Positions 17,310-26,469 of a DNA stretch of 64,000 bases are shown here, piece by piece. The notes beneath the pieces were generated by a model. It saw only the letters and a list, made by a program, of their open reading frames with translations. It made no database searches and was not told the origin of the DNA. This stretch comes from Deltaproteobacteria bacterium (lineage in GTDB: Bacteria > Myxococcota_A > UBA9042 > DTJE01): assembly GCA_029555025.1 (NCBI GenBank), contig JAKPTZ010000115.1, forward strand, positions 24,898 through 88,897, given 5' to 3'. The position numbers and the translations under genes were made by a program. Numbering within the stretch: the stretch's first letter is position 1; every line of letters begins with the position of its first letter.

Positions 17310-20300
17310 ATGCGAACCGGGTCTTCCGGGATGTTGCCGGTCGTTGCGATGGCGTGTCTATTTGTGTCGTCGTGCGGCAGCCATGTGGAGAAGGCCGATA
17401 TCGGGGGCTCCTGCCGGGAAGACTCCGATTGTCAATCCGCCCTCTGTTTCGCAGACGTATGCATCGATCCCCTGGCGGACCAGGATTGGGACGGTCTTTC
17501 GGCGGGCGATGAAGTTGAAATCGGGCTGGATCCGTTTCACCCGGACAGTGATCGCGACGGCATTCCCGACGGCCTGGAAGTGGGCCCCGAGCTTGCGACT
17601 CCGGCGGATTATGACGGGGACGGCGTCATCGACGCTCTTGAGTCCGCTTTTTCGGATTCTGACGGGGACTGCCTTCCGGATCAGTATGATCCTCTCGATG
17701 CGCTCGGGCCGGCCGGCTCAAGTCAGATGGTGCCGGTGCTGTGCATGACAGCCGGGGTCTGCGGGGCCGCAATGAACACCATTGTCGCTACCTGCGACGG
17801 CTCGAAGGTAACGTGCAGCTATGAAGGCGTGCCAGGCTGGAACGCCGCGGAATGGATGTGTGACGGAAAGGACAACAACTGCGACGGTCGAACCGACGAA
17901 GGTTTTCTTCACGAAGGCTTGTCCATCGGACTTCCCTGCCTTGGGGCAGGAAGTTGTGGCCCGGGTATCGTCGAGTGCGATGACTCGGGCTTTTCGACCA
18001 GGTGTTCGTCAAACCCCGGCGCTTCTGGCGACAGATCCATGCCCGAGGTGTGCGACGGTCTCGACAACGATTGCGACGGCTTGACCGACAACGGCATGTC
18101 GTGGAAGGGCGTGCCCCTCGGGGAACGTTGTGACGGCGAAGGCGAGTGCGGCATCGGCAAGGTCGAATGCCTGGCCGACAGGACGGCTTCCTGTTCAACC
18201 ATGAAGGGTGGAAGTCACGAACAGATCCAGGAGGAATCCTGTGACAACCTTGACAACGACTGTGATGGACGAACCGACGAGACATTTTTCGGCAACGCTT
18301 CCGAACTGTGCGTTCCCCGCGGCGTCTGCGCCCTGTTCCCCAACATGATTTCGTTGAAGTGCGAGCAGGGGATCCTGAAATGCGACTTCAGTGCTGTGCC
18401 TGGGTATTCGGGAAGTTCCGAGATGTTCTGTGATGGACAGGATGACGATTGCGACGGGCTGGTTGACGAGGAACTGTCGTTCGCGGTGACCGAACCTGGC
18501 GCCGTGATAAGGCTTCCCGGCCAGTCCTGCGGTTCGGGCGCCTGTGCCGGCGGGGTCGTCACGTGCTCGCCGAGTTCGATGTCCGGCATGTGTTCCACCA
18601 CGCCCCTTGCCGCGCCGGAGAAGTGCGATGGAATCGATGACGACTGCGACGGGTACATAGACAACGGTTTCGCCCTGAGTTGGAAGCCGGCGCTTGAAAC
18701 CATCATGGACAGGGAGCCGCAGGCGCTTGTTTCGTCGCGGATGGCCGTGGTCGAGTATTCCCTGGAGGATCCGCCTGAACCAGGTGAACCGCCTGCCGGC
18801 ATATATGTATGCGGCGGGGCCGTTGGAAGTCCTGAGAACGGTTCGTCCGGGATTTCAAGGCGTTGCTGGCTGTACAGCTTTGATTCGCATCGTTTCGATC
18901 GACTTCCCGACGGGCCCGAAGTCGATTCGGGGGCGATGGTTCATGACAGGGCGGGCGGAAGCCTGCTGATGGTGGGTCGTCTGTTCGCGTCCGGCGAAGT
19001 CGCCGTTTTCCGGATGAACGGAATCGATTTCGGATGGAGCAGGCTGCCCTGGGAACTGGAAAGTGGCGAGGTTCTTGCCGCCGGAGTGGATCCGGTTGAA
19101 AACACCCTGAATATCCTCACGAATGGTGATTCCGGGCTTCTGGTGAGCATGGTCGGGCTGTCCGATGGCTCCGTCCTGACCGTTCAGGCGGGCGAGCGCG
19201 TCTCTGCCGGCTCCTTTGCCGCCGGTTCGCCCTCCGGGGGGTTTGTCCTGTTTCATGCCTGCAACGAGCTTGCCGGCACTGTGGTCGAACATGTCTCGCC
19301 GGACGGGCAGGTCAACGGGCTGCCGCTTGCAGGACAGAGTCCATGCATGTCCTTCGGCGCGGCGGTCATGCCGATCCCGGGACGCATCGTCGCGATTGAG
19401 GGCAGGGCACTTGACGGCTCGGTCCAGGCCACAAGGGAATTCCTGCTGGGCGATGACCTGTGGCACCACGAAAGGATCACGGTTCCCGGCGGCCAGGGAT
19501 CCGTCATGCATCCCGCGATGGCCTCCTCTGGCGACACCGTCTATGCATTTTCCGGGGAGTATGGTGATGGAGGGGCACTGCGGCGTGTGATCCGGCTGGA
19601 TCGCGAATCGACGGAATGGCTGGTTGACAGCTTCGTAAGCGGTCCATCTCCCAGGGCGGGCGGCGTTGCGTTCGTTTCGCGCCTGACGGCGGCGGCCTAT
19701 TTCATTGGCGGCTATTCGGATGAACCGGGCGGGCCTCAGCCAGTCCAGGATGTGTGGAAGATTGATCTGGTCAATCCGCGGATTGGACAGATTGCGGTGT
19801 CGGGCGAACCAGGGGCGGTTATAGGTGCTGCTGCGGCCATCAATGATTCCGGCCAGACCGCCTACATTTTCGGGGGGCTCGATTCGCCGCCGGGGCCCGA
19901 CTCCAGGCCGGTTAGCAGGTTCCTTCGGTTCAACTGCATTCAGTCGAGGTTTGATTCGATTCAGTCGGGGGAAGGCGGTCCGACGGCACGTTATGGACAC
20001 TCGCTTGTCTGGGCCGGTGACAGGTTGCTTCTTTACGGCGGCCTGAACGACACCGGTTTCCTTTCCGATCTCTGGTCCTGGGCTCCGGACGAAGGCTGGA
20101 TCTTCATTGGATATTTCGAACTCAGCTATGGCCACCAGGCGTTCTGGGACAATCCCGGCAAGCGCATGCTGGTCGTCGGGGGCAGGCCAGGTGGGGGCCT
20201 TCGCGCATACTATCCCGCCACATCCACGTGGAAAAGCCTGCTGTCCGGGGTTCTGTTCGATTCGTATGAAGGCCACGGCTGGTTTGACGAGCAATCCGGC

Positions 20301-20522
20301 AGCGTGCTTTATCTTTCATCGACATCCAGCGACGCGGTGGTCGTGACTTTCCTTGAAGACGGGCTTGTCGATCAGGTCATCCCCGGACTGCAGCCGGATT
20401 TGATCGATGCGTTCGTGGTTTATGATCCGTTCGGGCGCCGGGCCATGATGCTCGGTGGCAGGGATCCCTCGAACGGGACCGTCGGAACCGTTTCGCAAAT
20501 CGATCAGTCCTGCGGGCGATGA
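17310..20522 (+). CDS. Large secreted lipoprotein with TSP3-like Ca-binding repeats, MopE-like Cys motifs and a Kelch/beta-propeller C-terminus
   Basis: Lipoprotein signal MRTGSSGMLPVVAMACLFVSSC and D-rich DxDxDG repeats. Five CDGxDNDCDGxxDE motifs (putative metal-binding motif type) are present. The C-terminal region has Kelch-like repeats. Confidence 0.68.
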   Translation: MRTGSSGMLPVVAMACLFVSSCGSHVEKADIGGSCREDSDCQSALCFADVCIDPLADQDWDGLSAGDEVEIGLDPFHPDSDRDGIPDGLEVGPELATPADYDGDGVIDALESAFSDSDGDCLPDQYDPLDALGPAGSSQMVPVLCMTAGVCGAAMNTIVATCDGSKVTCSYEGVPGWNAAEWMCDGKDNNCDGRTDEGFLHEGLSIGLPCLGAGSCGPGIVECDDSGFSTRCSSNPGASGDRSMPEVCDGLDNDCDGLTDNGMSWKGVPLGERCDGEGECGIGKVECLADRTASCSTMKGGSHEQIQEESCDNLDNDCDGRTDETFFGNASELCVPRGVCALFPNMISLKCEQGILKCDFSAVPGYSGSSEMFCDGQDDDCDGLVDEELSFAVTEPGAVIRLPGQSCGSGACAGGVVTCSPSSMSGMCSTTPLAAPEKCDGIDDDCDGYIDNGFALSWKPALETIMDREPQALVSSRMAVVEYSLEDPPEPGEPPAGIYVCGGAVGSPENGSSGISRRCWLYSFDSHRFDRLPDGPEVDSGAMVHDRAGGSLLMVGRLFASGEVAVFRMNGIDFGWSRLPWELESGEVLAAGVDPVENTLNILTNGDSGLLVSMVGLSDGSVLTVQAGERVSAGSFAAGSPSGGFVLFHACNELAGTVVEHVSPDGQVNGLPLAGQSPCMSFGAAVMPIPGRIVAIEGRALDGSVQATREFLLGDDLWHHERITVPGGQGSVMHPAMASSGDTVYAFSGEYGDGGALRRVIRLDRESTEWLVDSFVSGPSPRAGGVAFVSRLTAAAYFIGGYSDEPGGPQPVQDVWKIDLVNPRIGQIAVSGEPGAVIGAAAAINDSGQTAYIFGGLDSPPGPDSRPVSRFLRFNCIQSRFDSIQSGEGGPTARYGHSLVWAGDRLLLYGGLNDTGFLSDLWSWAPDEGWIFIGYFELSYGHQAFWDNPGKRMLVVGGRPGGGLRAYYPATSTWKSLLSGVLFDSYEGHGWFDEQSGSVLYLSSTSSDAVVVTFLEDGLVDQVIPGLQPDLIDAFVVYDPFGRRAMMLGGRDPSNGTVGTVSQIDQSCGR

Positions 20523-21565
20523 ATCCAGCACAGCAGTTGCTGCAAAGCCTGATCCACCGAACCCTTCATCGCGACCCGGCCCTTGATGAAAAGCGCGGCG
20601 CCGCCCGGAGTTCCAACGATTGCCGCATCGGCGCCTGCGGCTTCGCCCGGACCGTTCACCACGCATCCCATTACGGCGATAACCAGTTCCGGCGGTTCAC
20701 GGCTTGCGTCCAGTCCCTCAAGGGCCGCCTCGATTCCAGCCGCGATCGATTCGGTGTCCAGGCATGCCCTGCCGCAGGTCGGGCATGCCCGAACCTGAAT
20801 GCCCGGTTTCCGGAGGCCGATTGATTCCAGAATCTGCCTGGCGACCTTGACTTCGGGTAATGGCGAACCTGCAAGCGAAACCCTGATCGTGTCCCCGATT
20901 CCCCGGGAAAGCAGGGCGGCGATGACCGCGGCGGATCGAACCGCCCCCGAGGCCGGTGTGCCGGATTCCGTGACGCCTACATGAAGCGGGACGTCCAGCC
21001 GGGATGCCGCAAGTTCGCAAGCAAGCATGGTTACTGTCGGCGAACTGGACTTCACCGATACAACGATGTCCTCAACCCCCAGTTCCCGCATGTCCGAAAC
21101 GGCCCGCGTGGCAGCTTCGACCAGCACGGTCGCCGGATCTCCGGTTGCCGCCGCCAGGTCCTCGGGAAGGGAGCCCGAGTTGATCCCGATTCTTACGGGG
21201 GTTCCCGTGTCCAGAAGGGCCGCCGCCGTCTCGCGCAGGGCCGCTTTCCCCTTCAGGGTTCCCGGATTGATTCTGATCTTGTCGATGTGGCCGCACATGG
21301 CGATGGCGACCCTGTGATCGAAATGCACATCCGCCACCAGAGGAATGCCGGCCGTCATTTCCCTGACCCTGATGGCCGCCGGCACTGCGTCAAGGCGCGG
21401 AACCGATATCCGGACAATGTCGCACCCGGCAGCGTGCAACTGACGAACCTGAGCGGTTACCGCGTCATGGTCATAGGGATCGGCGTTGCACATGCTCTGG
21501 ATCGATATCGGGGCCCCCCCGCCCATCTCAATTCCGCCGATGTTCACCGTCCTTGTCGAACCCAT
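20504..21565 (-). CDS. ispG: 4-hydroxy-3-methylbut-2-enyl diphosphate synthase (IspG/GcpE)
   Basis: TIM-barrel N-domain and the C-terminal CPTCGR 4Fe-4S motif. The typical GcpE length is reached with the start at MGSTRTVNIGG. Confidence 0.85.
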   Translation of the reverse strand: MGSTRTVNIGGIEMGGGAPISIQSMCNADPYDHDAVTAQVRQLHAAGCDIVRISVPRLDAVPAAIRVREMTAGIPLVADVHFDHRVAIAMCGHIDKIRINPGTLKGKAALRETAAALLDTGTPVRIGINSGSLPEDLAAATGDPATVLVEAATRAVSDMRELGVEDIVVSVKSSSPTVTMLACELAASRLDVPLHVGVTESGTPASGAVRSAAVIAALLSRGIGDTIRVSLAGSPLPEVKVARQILESIGLRKPGIQVRACPTCGRACLDTESIAAGIEAALEGLDASREPPELVIAVMGCVVNGPGEAAGADAAIVGTPGGAALFIKGRVAMKGSVDQALQQLLCWIHRPQD

Positions 21566-21688
21566 CTGAAGACCTCGTGGCGTCAGTCCGACGCATGATC
21601 GGTTCGGCCAATCGTATATCATTTTGCCGGTTGCGTGCCCGCCCCCGACTGGAATATGCTGACCGGTGCCTCATCATCGGGGGCTTTC

Positions 21689-22381
21689 ATGCGCGGTCCC
21701 GCGGTTATCTTCGACCTTGACGACACGCTCTATCCCTCGAATTCATTCGTGGCCGGCGGCATTCGCGCGGTTGCTGTCCTGCTCCGGGATGACGGATTCA
21801 CCGATCCCGATCCTTGCGATGTCCTGATGGAGGTTCTCGAGACCGAAGGTCCATTTTCCCTTTTCGACTCGGCATTTGCACGTCTTGGAGTCCGAAGGAC
21901 GCCTGAACTGGTTTCCAGGCTGGTCGCGGCGTTTCGTGCCCACAGTCCGTCCATATCGCCGTACCCCGGCATCGTTGACCTGCTTTGCTCACTTCGAAAT
22001 CACGGCGTTGGCCTTGGGCTTGTTACCGACGGTTATCCCCAGGTCCAGAGATCCAAGTGGACCGCTCTTGGGCTCGGGCACCTCTTTGACGCGGTGGTTT
22101 TTTGCCGGGACATCGACGGAGGCGACCATCCAAAGCCTGATCCCTTCCCTTTCGCCAGGGCCCACCACCTTCTCGGGGAACCTGATTCCGTTGTCTTCGT
22201 CGGTGACAATCCGTCGGCCGATTTTCCGGCTCCCGATGCTTTTGGCTGGCGCACCGTAAGGGTGTGCTGGCCCGAAGCGACGCACATCCTTGACGGGGAC
22301 ACCGTAATAAACAGGCCGGTTGCCCGAAATGCGGCCGAGCTGCGGGCTATCCTTTCAAGAATCCTCGATTTTCCGTCCTGA
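21689..22381 (+). CDS. HAD-superfamily hydrolase
   Basis: DLDDTLY motif I immediately after the chosen start, and a later GDNPSAD-type motif. Confidence 0.6.
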   Translation: MRGPAVIFDLDDTLYPSNSFVAGGIRAVAVLLRDDGFTDPDPCDVLMEVLETEGPFSLFDSAFARLGVRRTPELVSRLVAAFRAHSPSISPYPGIVDLLCSLRNHGVGLGLVTDGYPQVQRSKWTALGLGHLFDAVVFCRDIDGGDHPKPDPFPFARAHHLLGEPDSVVFVGDNPSADFPAPDAFGWRTVRVCWPEATHILDGDTVINRPVARNAAELRAILSRILDFPS

Positions 22382-22419
22382 TCCGGATCGGTTGACCTGA
22401 AAAGGTTGTGGAATGGCAA

Positions 22420-23958
22420 TCAGTCCTCGACCGGCAATGGATCGGTGAACGCGGAGAATCCGGGATTCGCGACGGAGCACATGGTGAAGGTTGCCCGATA
22501 GTCAAGGTTGCCGGAAATCTGGATTGGTCTTTTGAGGCTTTCGGTCGATGTCACGAAAACCTCCCGGTCAATCAGGTGCTGCTGGGTCGCGGCGGTAAGC
22601 GGCTGGCCTGATGAATCGCGGATGGCCGTCCCGACAAATGACAGGAAGCGCCCGGACGGGGAAAGCGACATGCTGTCCGGCGACACCGAAATCATTTCCG
22701 GCGCCCCAACCTTTGGAAAGTCCGTGATCTTTCTGAATATGTCCGTAAGATTCGCGTCCGTGCCGATGTCGCTGACGGAGAATGCCAGGATGTTGGTCCA
22801 TGTCTTCCCGGGGGCGCCGTCACAGGTCGATGCCGCGGCGACGATCAGTTCCCGGCCGTCGCGGGAAAGCAGCAGGGGCTGCATGATCGAGGTGTACGGC
22901 CAGTCCCTGTTCAGGTTGTAACATGCGTTTGAAGCGTATCGCGACGGAGTCCTGACCAGCGTCACCGATTCAATTGAACCACTTTCCACGTCCATCTTCG
23001 CCAGCCGGAGTTCGCGCGCGTCGAAGACGTGGGCGAACAGCAGGGTTCGCCCATCCGCTGAAAGGATCGCCGGGATGTCGTCCGAAAGCTGGGGGGCATC
23101 CTGGGAATACATGCACTTGCCCTGAAGGTCAATCGCCTGGCACACCGGTACGCCGGCCTTTCTAAGGCCTGCCTTTTCGTTGAACAGGTAAAATGTCAGG
23201 GATTCAAGTTCCAGATTCTGCAGAACCAGCGTGACACCGTCCGCGCCGAGCCTGAACCTTCCGGTGTAGTTGGAGCTGCCCGCAAGATCCGGCCCCGGGA
23301 ACTCAAACAACTCCTGGATTTCAAAAACGGGATCATCAAGGTCGATCCGACCGAAGCGATAGCAGGTCCGTATTCCGCCATCCTTTGATTCGCAATCATT
23401 TTTTACCCTGGAAACGTAAAGTGACCTTCCCGAAAAGACTGCCTGGCGAACGGCCGGGATCGGCTGCTCCGTAACGATTGTCGGTTGTCCTGTCTCATCG
23501 ATGGCGATAAGCCTGGCGTCCTGTCCCGGTGTGCCGACGCCCGTTGTCGTCGCCACGAGCAGGAAGTTGAGGGCGGGTTCCGTCACGCAGCCCAGGGAGC
23601 AGTCGAGTCCCAGAGGGGCGAGGATCCTTGCGTTAACCTGGAAGTTGTCCTTCCATGCCGGGAAGCCGGGCTGCCCCTCGCCGTCGAGCGGGTTGGAAAT
23701 CCCGAGGTCGCCGGGCCTGTCGCCCGCCGTGGCCGCGTATCCGTAGATAACGCGAAAGTCTTCATCGACCTCGACCGGATCAAGGTTCGGAATGTCAGGG
23801 CCGGCGTCGGTAATCACGGTGTCCGTATCGCCGCCGACATCGCTTTCCGATTCCTGCCCGGCGCACCACGGGGCCGAAACAAGAGTGGCCGTGGCAAGCA
23901 GGAATGTCGGCCATGACGCGACCCTGCGGCCCGAAACGGTGGCAATGCGCTTCCTCAT
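22420..23958 (-). CDS. Secreted TolB-like beta-propeller protein
   Basis: Signal peptide MRKRIATVSGRRVASWPTFLLATATLVSA. Recurring S(A/R)DGR-L-F blade-like repeats are present. Confidence 0.5.
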   Translation of the reverse strand: MRKRIATVSGRRVASWPTFLLATATLVSAPWCAGQESESDVGGDTDTVITDAGPDIPNLDPVEVDEDFRVIYGYAATAGDRPGDLGISNPLDGEGQPGFPAWKDNFQVNARILAPLGLDCSLGCVTEPALNFLLVATTTGVGTPGQDARLIAIDETGQPTIVTEQPIPAVRQAVFSGRSLYVSRVKNDCESKDGGIRTCYRFGRIDLDDPVFEIQELFEFPGPDLAGSSNYTGRFRLGADGVTLVLQNLELESLTFYLFNEKAGLRKAGVPVCQAIDLQGKCMYSQDAPQLSDDIPAILSADGRTLLFAHVFDARELRLAKMDVESGSIESVTLVRTPSRYASNACYNLNRDWPYTSIMQPLLLSRDGRELIVAAASTCDGAPGKTWTNILAFSVSDIGTDANLTDIFRKITDFPKVGAPEMISVSPDSMSLSPSGRFLSFVGTAIRDSSGQPLTAATQQHLIDREVFVTSTESLKRPIQISGNLDYRATFTMCSVANPGFSAFTDPLPVED

Positions 23959-24080
23959 CCGGTCATGCTCCGCGCAATTCAAGGTCAATCTTACCGTTGT
24001 TTGCCATTTGAGTTCCATCTGAAAGGTGATATAATATCGACCCTTTTTCCCCTTTGGCCTTGCGCCTGGCACTGGAGTTT

Positions 24081-25583
24081 ATGACCCTTAACATCACTGA
24101 ACTTGAATCGGTTATCCCGGAGATTCAACTTGCCGTTCGCGGTTCCATTCTTACGGGTGTCGAAAGTCCCGATCAATGGACCTGCATTCTTTCCTTCTCC
24201 AGCGTTGACGGCGGGCCCGTGAAGCGGGTCTTCTTCTCAAGGCGTCCCAGGCTGACCAGGTTAAACCTGCTTCCGGACGGCTGGACCTCGCCCGCGCAGA
24301 ACATCGGTCGCCGGTCAATCGAGGCCGTAAAGTTCGTCGATGCCGTCTCCCGTGCATTGAAGGGCGCCGAGGCGGGTCCGATGAGGACCCGTTTCCGTGA
24401 CCGGGTCGTTTCGATGGAAATGTATCTGCCGAAGGATTCGGGCCGTTCGGACGGGTCGGATGACCAGCCGGTCAGGATGTTCCTGCTTTTCGAATGCACC
24501 GGAATGCATGCGAATCTGTTTCTTCTCGATGAGAGGCAGGTCATTCAGGCAGTGTTCGGGCGTTCGACGTCGCGCAGGCGTCCCCTGGACGTCGGCTGCA
24601 GGTACCAGCAGCCCGCCGAAATCGAAGGGCCCAGGCCTGTCGGGCGGCGTGTCGATGTGATGCGCTTCGTAAGGTCGGACATGTCCCTGGGACATCAGAT
24701 AAGCGAAATGTACGATCCCCTGGATCAGGTTGACGACCGCAAGCGCGAGCTTTCCTCGCTTGCCGAGGAACTGTCGTTCGTGGTCGAGGAAAGGCGCAAG
24801 GTTGCGGAGTCGGTTCGCAGGGATCTGGCCGAGCCGGTTCGTCCGGGGCGGCCTGCGGATCTTCCAGAGCGTCTGCGGGAACGGCTTGACCGCGTCGATT
24901 CAGAGGTGCGCGAGCTTCAGGAACTGCTTCATGGCGTACGCAAGGGCGACGTCAGCGTTTTTGATCGCGCGACGGAACTTGTTACAGAGTACCGCGCGAA
25001 GATCCAGGAAATCGAGCGTCGCAGGGCTGAACGTCCGGCCCGTCCCGACTGGAGGCCGCGTGAAGGCGGATACCAGCGCCGCGACGACTCGCCGCGTCCA
25101 CCCAGGGAAGGCGGTTACAAGCCGCGCGAAGCCGGACACCAGCGCCGCGACGATTCGCCGCGTCCACCCAGGGAAGGCGGTTACAAGCCGCGTGAAGGCG
25201 GATACCAGCGCCGCGAAGATTCGCCGCGTCCACCCAGGGAAGGCGGTTACAAGCCTCGTGAAGGCGGATACCAGCGCCGCGACGATTCGCCGCGTCCACC
25301 CAGGGAAGGCGGATACAAGCCTCGTGAAGGCGGATACCAGCGCCGCGACGATTCGCCGCGTCCACCCAGGGAAGGCGGTTACAAGCCACGCGAAGGCGGA
25401 TACCAGCGCCGCGACGATTCGCCGCGTCCACCCAGGGAAGGCGGTTACAAGCCACGCGAAGGCGGATACCAGCGCCGCGACGACTCGCCGCGTCCACCCA
25501 GGGAAGGTGGTTACAAGCCGCGCGACGGCGGCGCTCGCGGAACGCGGTCGGCTTCGGGCCGCACCGTCAGGCGGTCAAAGTGA
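24081..25583 (+). CDS. NFACT-N (RqcH/FbpA N-terminal-like) domain protein with coiled coil and C-terminal 22-aa tandem repeats
   Basis: The N-terminus aligns by eye to NFACT-N (HANLFLLDERQVIQAV...GCRYQQP versus HSNIILvD..IldA...G.Y..PP). It has a charged coiled-coil segment and then about 7 copies of PREGGY(K/Q)... units. Confidence 0.55.
   Translation: MTLNITELESVIPEIQLAVRGSILTGVESPDQWTCILSFSSVDGGPVKRVFFSRRPRLTRLNLLPDGWTSPAQNIGRRSIEAVKFVDAVSRALKGAEAGPMRTRFRDRVVSMEMYLPKDSGRSDGSDDQPVRMFLLFECTGMHANLFLLDERQVIQAVFGRSTSRRRPLDVGCRYQQPAEIEGPRPVGRRVDVMRFVRSDMSLGHQISEMYDPLDQVDDRKRELSSLAEELSFVVEERRKVAESVRRDLAEPVRPGRPADLPERLRERLDRVDSEVRELQELLHGVRKGDVSVFDRATELVTEYRAKIQEIERRRAERPARPDWRPREGGYQRRDDSPRPPREGGYKPREAGHQRRDDSPRPPREGGYKPREGGYQRREDSPRPPREGGYKPREGGYQRRDDSPRPPREGGYKPREGGYQRRDDSPRPPREGGYKPREGGYQRRDDSPRPPREGGYKPREGGYQRRDDSPRPPREGGYKPRDGGARGTRSASGRTVRRSK
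25056..25532 (+). repeat. Near-perfect 66-bp tandem repeat array (about 7.2 copies) inside the CDS
   Basis: Unit starts are at 25081, 25147 and 25213, and continue every 66 bp with only occasional synonymous or conservative changes. Confidence 0.9.
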
Positions 25584-25629
25584 CCACGTCATCTCCGATT
25601 GATCTTTTTTTTATTAATTTCAGTTTGAA

Positions 25630-26160
25630 TCAGTCGAGGGTCTGCCAGGACTTTCCAAGCGTTCCGTGCTTCACGGAAGTCCGCCGGCTTTCACCGTCCG
25701 GCCCCTTCAGAAGCAGGAAGTAGGTCACGTCAAGGCCATTCCTGCCCTGGCGGGCCTGGCTCGTCGTCACGCTTCCGGTCCAGTTCGCGTACTTGCCGCC
25801 GAGCAGTTTGACCGCGGCACCCTTCGGCACGATTGAAGCGGGCGCGACTGGTGTTGCCGAGCGTGAACCCTTTCTTCGGCGAACTACCGTCTTGTGGCCG
25901 GCAGTCGCCAGGTTGTCGATTGTCAGGAATTTTGATGCCGATTTGGAAAGGCCGCAGTCGGCAAGGGCATCAAGGAAGCTGGATTCTCCATGCGCGCCTT
26001 TGAGGAAGTCGATCAGGTTCCTGATTATCCGGCTTTTGGATCTTCTGGCCTCCGAAAGTTCGGTGAACTGCGCGTCGATGACATTGAAGTCCTCGATGTG
26101 CTTCTTCAGATCCTTCAGATAGACGTCGGCGATGGTGCTTTCAGGAGTATCGGGTTTCAT
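25630..26160 (-). CDS. Hypothetical protein (possible KOW-like C-terminus)
   Basis: ORF with coding composition, start chosen at MKPDTPE. The C-terminal KGAAVKLLGGKYANWTGSV weakly resembles a KOW motif. Confidence 0.4.
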   Translation of the reverse strand: MKPDTPESTIADVYLKDLKKHIEDFNVIDAQFTELSEARRSKSRIIRNLIDFLKGAHGESSFLDALADCGLSKSASKFLTIDNLATAGHKTVVRRRKGSRSATPVAPASIVPKGAAVKLLGGKYANWTGSVTTSQARQGRNGLDVTYFLLLKGPDGESRRTSVKHGTLGKSWQTLD

Positions 26161-26469
26161 CAATATTCCCCACGTGAGAAGTCGTTGTCGTGGCGGCCGG
26201 TTGCCGCGCATCCTGAATCATATTCTATTGGCTGACCGTTGATGTCTGTATATGTCAATTTTACAACTGCTTGGATTGACAACAGTATCACAGGCGGTCA
26301 ACTGTTTACCGTCCGGTCTGATTGACGGTTTGTTTACATTTGCATAACAAGGGTGAAGGTCGATTGACTGTGGGTTGTATTCCGGACTATTCTTCGGGCG
26401 GGAGCCCCATGCCGATCAAGGCGCGTTGCCATTGATTTCGCGGGGGTGTGAAGTCATCTGGAGGTTTTC

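Noticed and set aside
18855-20294. 479-aa minus-strand ORF antisense to the Kelch region of the big lipoprotein
   Set aside because: Arg/Pro/Ala-rich composition with no motifs. The plus-strand frame is continuous across 1089 aa with a consistent domain architecture.
20504-20522. 19-bp overlap of convergent genes (big lipoprotein 3' end and ispG 3' end)
   Set aside because: Convergent 3' overlaps are common in compact GC-rich genomes. This one probably has no functional significance.
24982-25497. 171-aa minus-strand ORF running through the 66-bp tandem repeats (repeating AANRRGAGIRL...)
   Set aside because: It is the mirror-frame product of the repeat array. The plus-strand frame is contiguous with an upstream NFACT-N domain, so plus is the coding strand.
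25056-25532. Possibility that the tandem repeats are a CRISPR array or minisatellite outside genes
   Set aside because: The units are 66 bp, contiguous, without unique spacers, and in frame within a CDS. No cas genes are nearby.
25584-25629. T-rich stretch (CTTTTTTTTATTAATTT) between convergent genes as a bidirectional intrinsic terminator
   Set aside because: I could not identify a convincing GC-rich stem immediately upstream, so it is left unannotated.
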